In this document: positions 63,561 through 64,000 of the stretch, in pieces
Layout of the letters: the number at the start of each line of letters is the position of its first letter
Numbering within the stretch: the first letter of the stretch is position 1
NCBI GenBank assembly: GCA_020184695.1
Contig: JAANOX010000253.1
Span: forward strand, 395,114-459,113
DNA: 64,000 nt
Reading direction: 5' to 3'
Source: Histomonas meleagridis 2922-C6/04-290x
Lineage: Eukaryota > Protista > Parabasalia
The notes under the pieces: generated by a model
The model's input: the letters and a program-made list of their open reading frames with translations, nothing else
Database searches by the model: none
What the model was told of the DNA's origin: nothing
Made by a program: the position numbers and the translations under genes

Positions 63561-64000
63561 ATTCGATAATGAGGTGATGATGGCCTGCAGCCAAGTTTGG
63601 GTGACAATTTTCTTAAAGGGTAGCTTCCGATACTTTTGACAATGTAAAAATGATACCTGTTGAAAATTCCAACTTTTGTTGAAATTTGCGGTTGACGTAT
63701 TTCGTTACAATTTTGTGACCATAAATTCGACATTCATTTATTCTGTGCTTTCTGGAAAGTGGTCGGTGGAACATCGCTTCCATAAATGCTCACGCGACAA
63801 AACTATGATCCGCTTAGATGGTGGCTTCGCGTGTGTTAGGGAAACAAGTGCGTGCAGATTTGTAACATGTAACAACTTGGTTACTTGGTGTAATTGTTGT
63901 ATATTATTATCATTTAGAATATCTCTAATAACAGTTAAAATTTTGATTGTTATTACAAATCTGGTTGGTTACACAAGTGAAAAGATGATTAATAGCATCA

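Larger units (their letters stand above)
49636..64000 (-). repeat. Right arm of giant inverted duplication (continues past window end)
   Basis: Reverse complement of the left arm. The last bases match 18986-19130. Confidence 0.95.

Overview
Very AT-rich eukaryotic DNA. The gene families (trichomonad-type Myb, E2F-like winged helix, ankyrin, GT31/GT47 glycosyltransferases, C2 domain, AP sigma subunit) point to a parabasalid/trichomonad-like protist using the standard code; this taxonomic call is inference. Bases 1-26.9 kb are mostly decayed or shuffled host genes, plus a Merlin/IS1595-type transposase next to a ~112-copy 8-bp array, a Tc1/mariner-derived MITE and a tRNA-like element. Bases ~26.9-56.5 kb are a nest of endogenous Polinton/Maverick-like virus (PLV) sequence from two families. 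Family A is extremely AT-rich, CpG-poor and present twice. Family B (33.6-48.6 kb) carries PolB, an HNH nuclease, a poxvirus A22/RuvC-like resolvase, a fibre, capsid-like genes, an A32-like packaging ATPase and an SF3 helicase. No retroviral-type integrase is visible. A 1.15-kb tyrosine-recombinase element with ~55-bp inverted repeats interrupts a family B structural gene. Both families show putative termini of 5'-(AC)n followed by GC-rich hairpins with GAA mini-loops. Family B is the spacer of a giant inverted duplication (~18,986-33,603 versus ~49,636-64,000, running off the window) whose arms carry reciprocal deletions. Many frameshifts fall in homopolymers and some poly-A/T runs replace real sequence, so the data look like unpolished long-read sequence. 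Pseudogene status, and the duplication itself, need confirmation. All family assignments come from motif recognition by eye, not from database searches.
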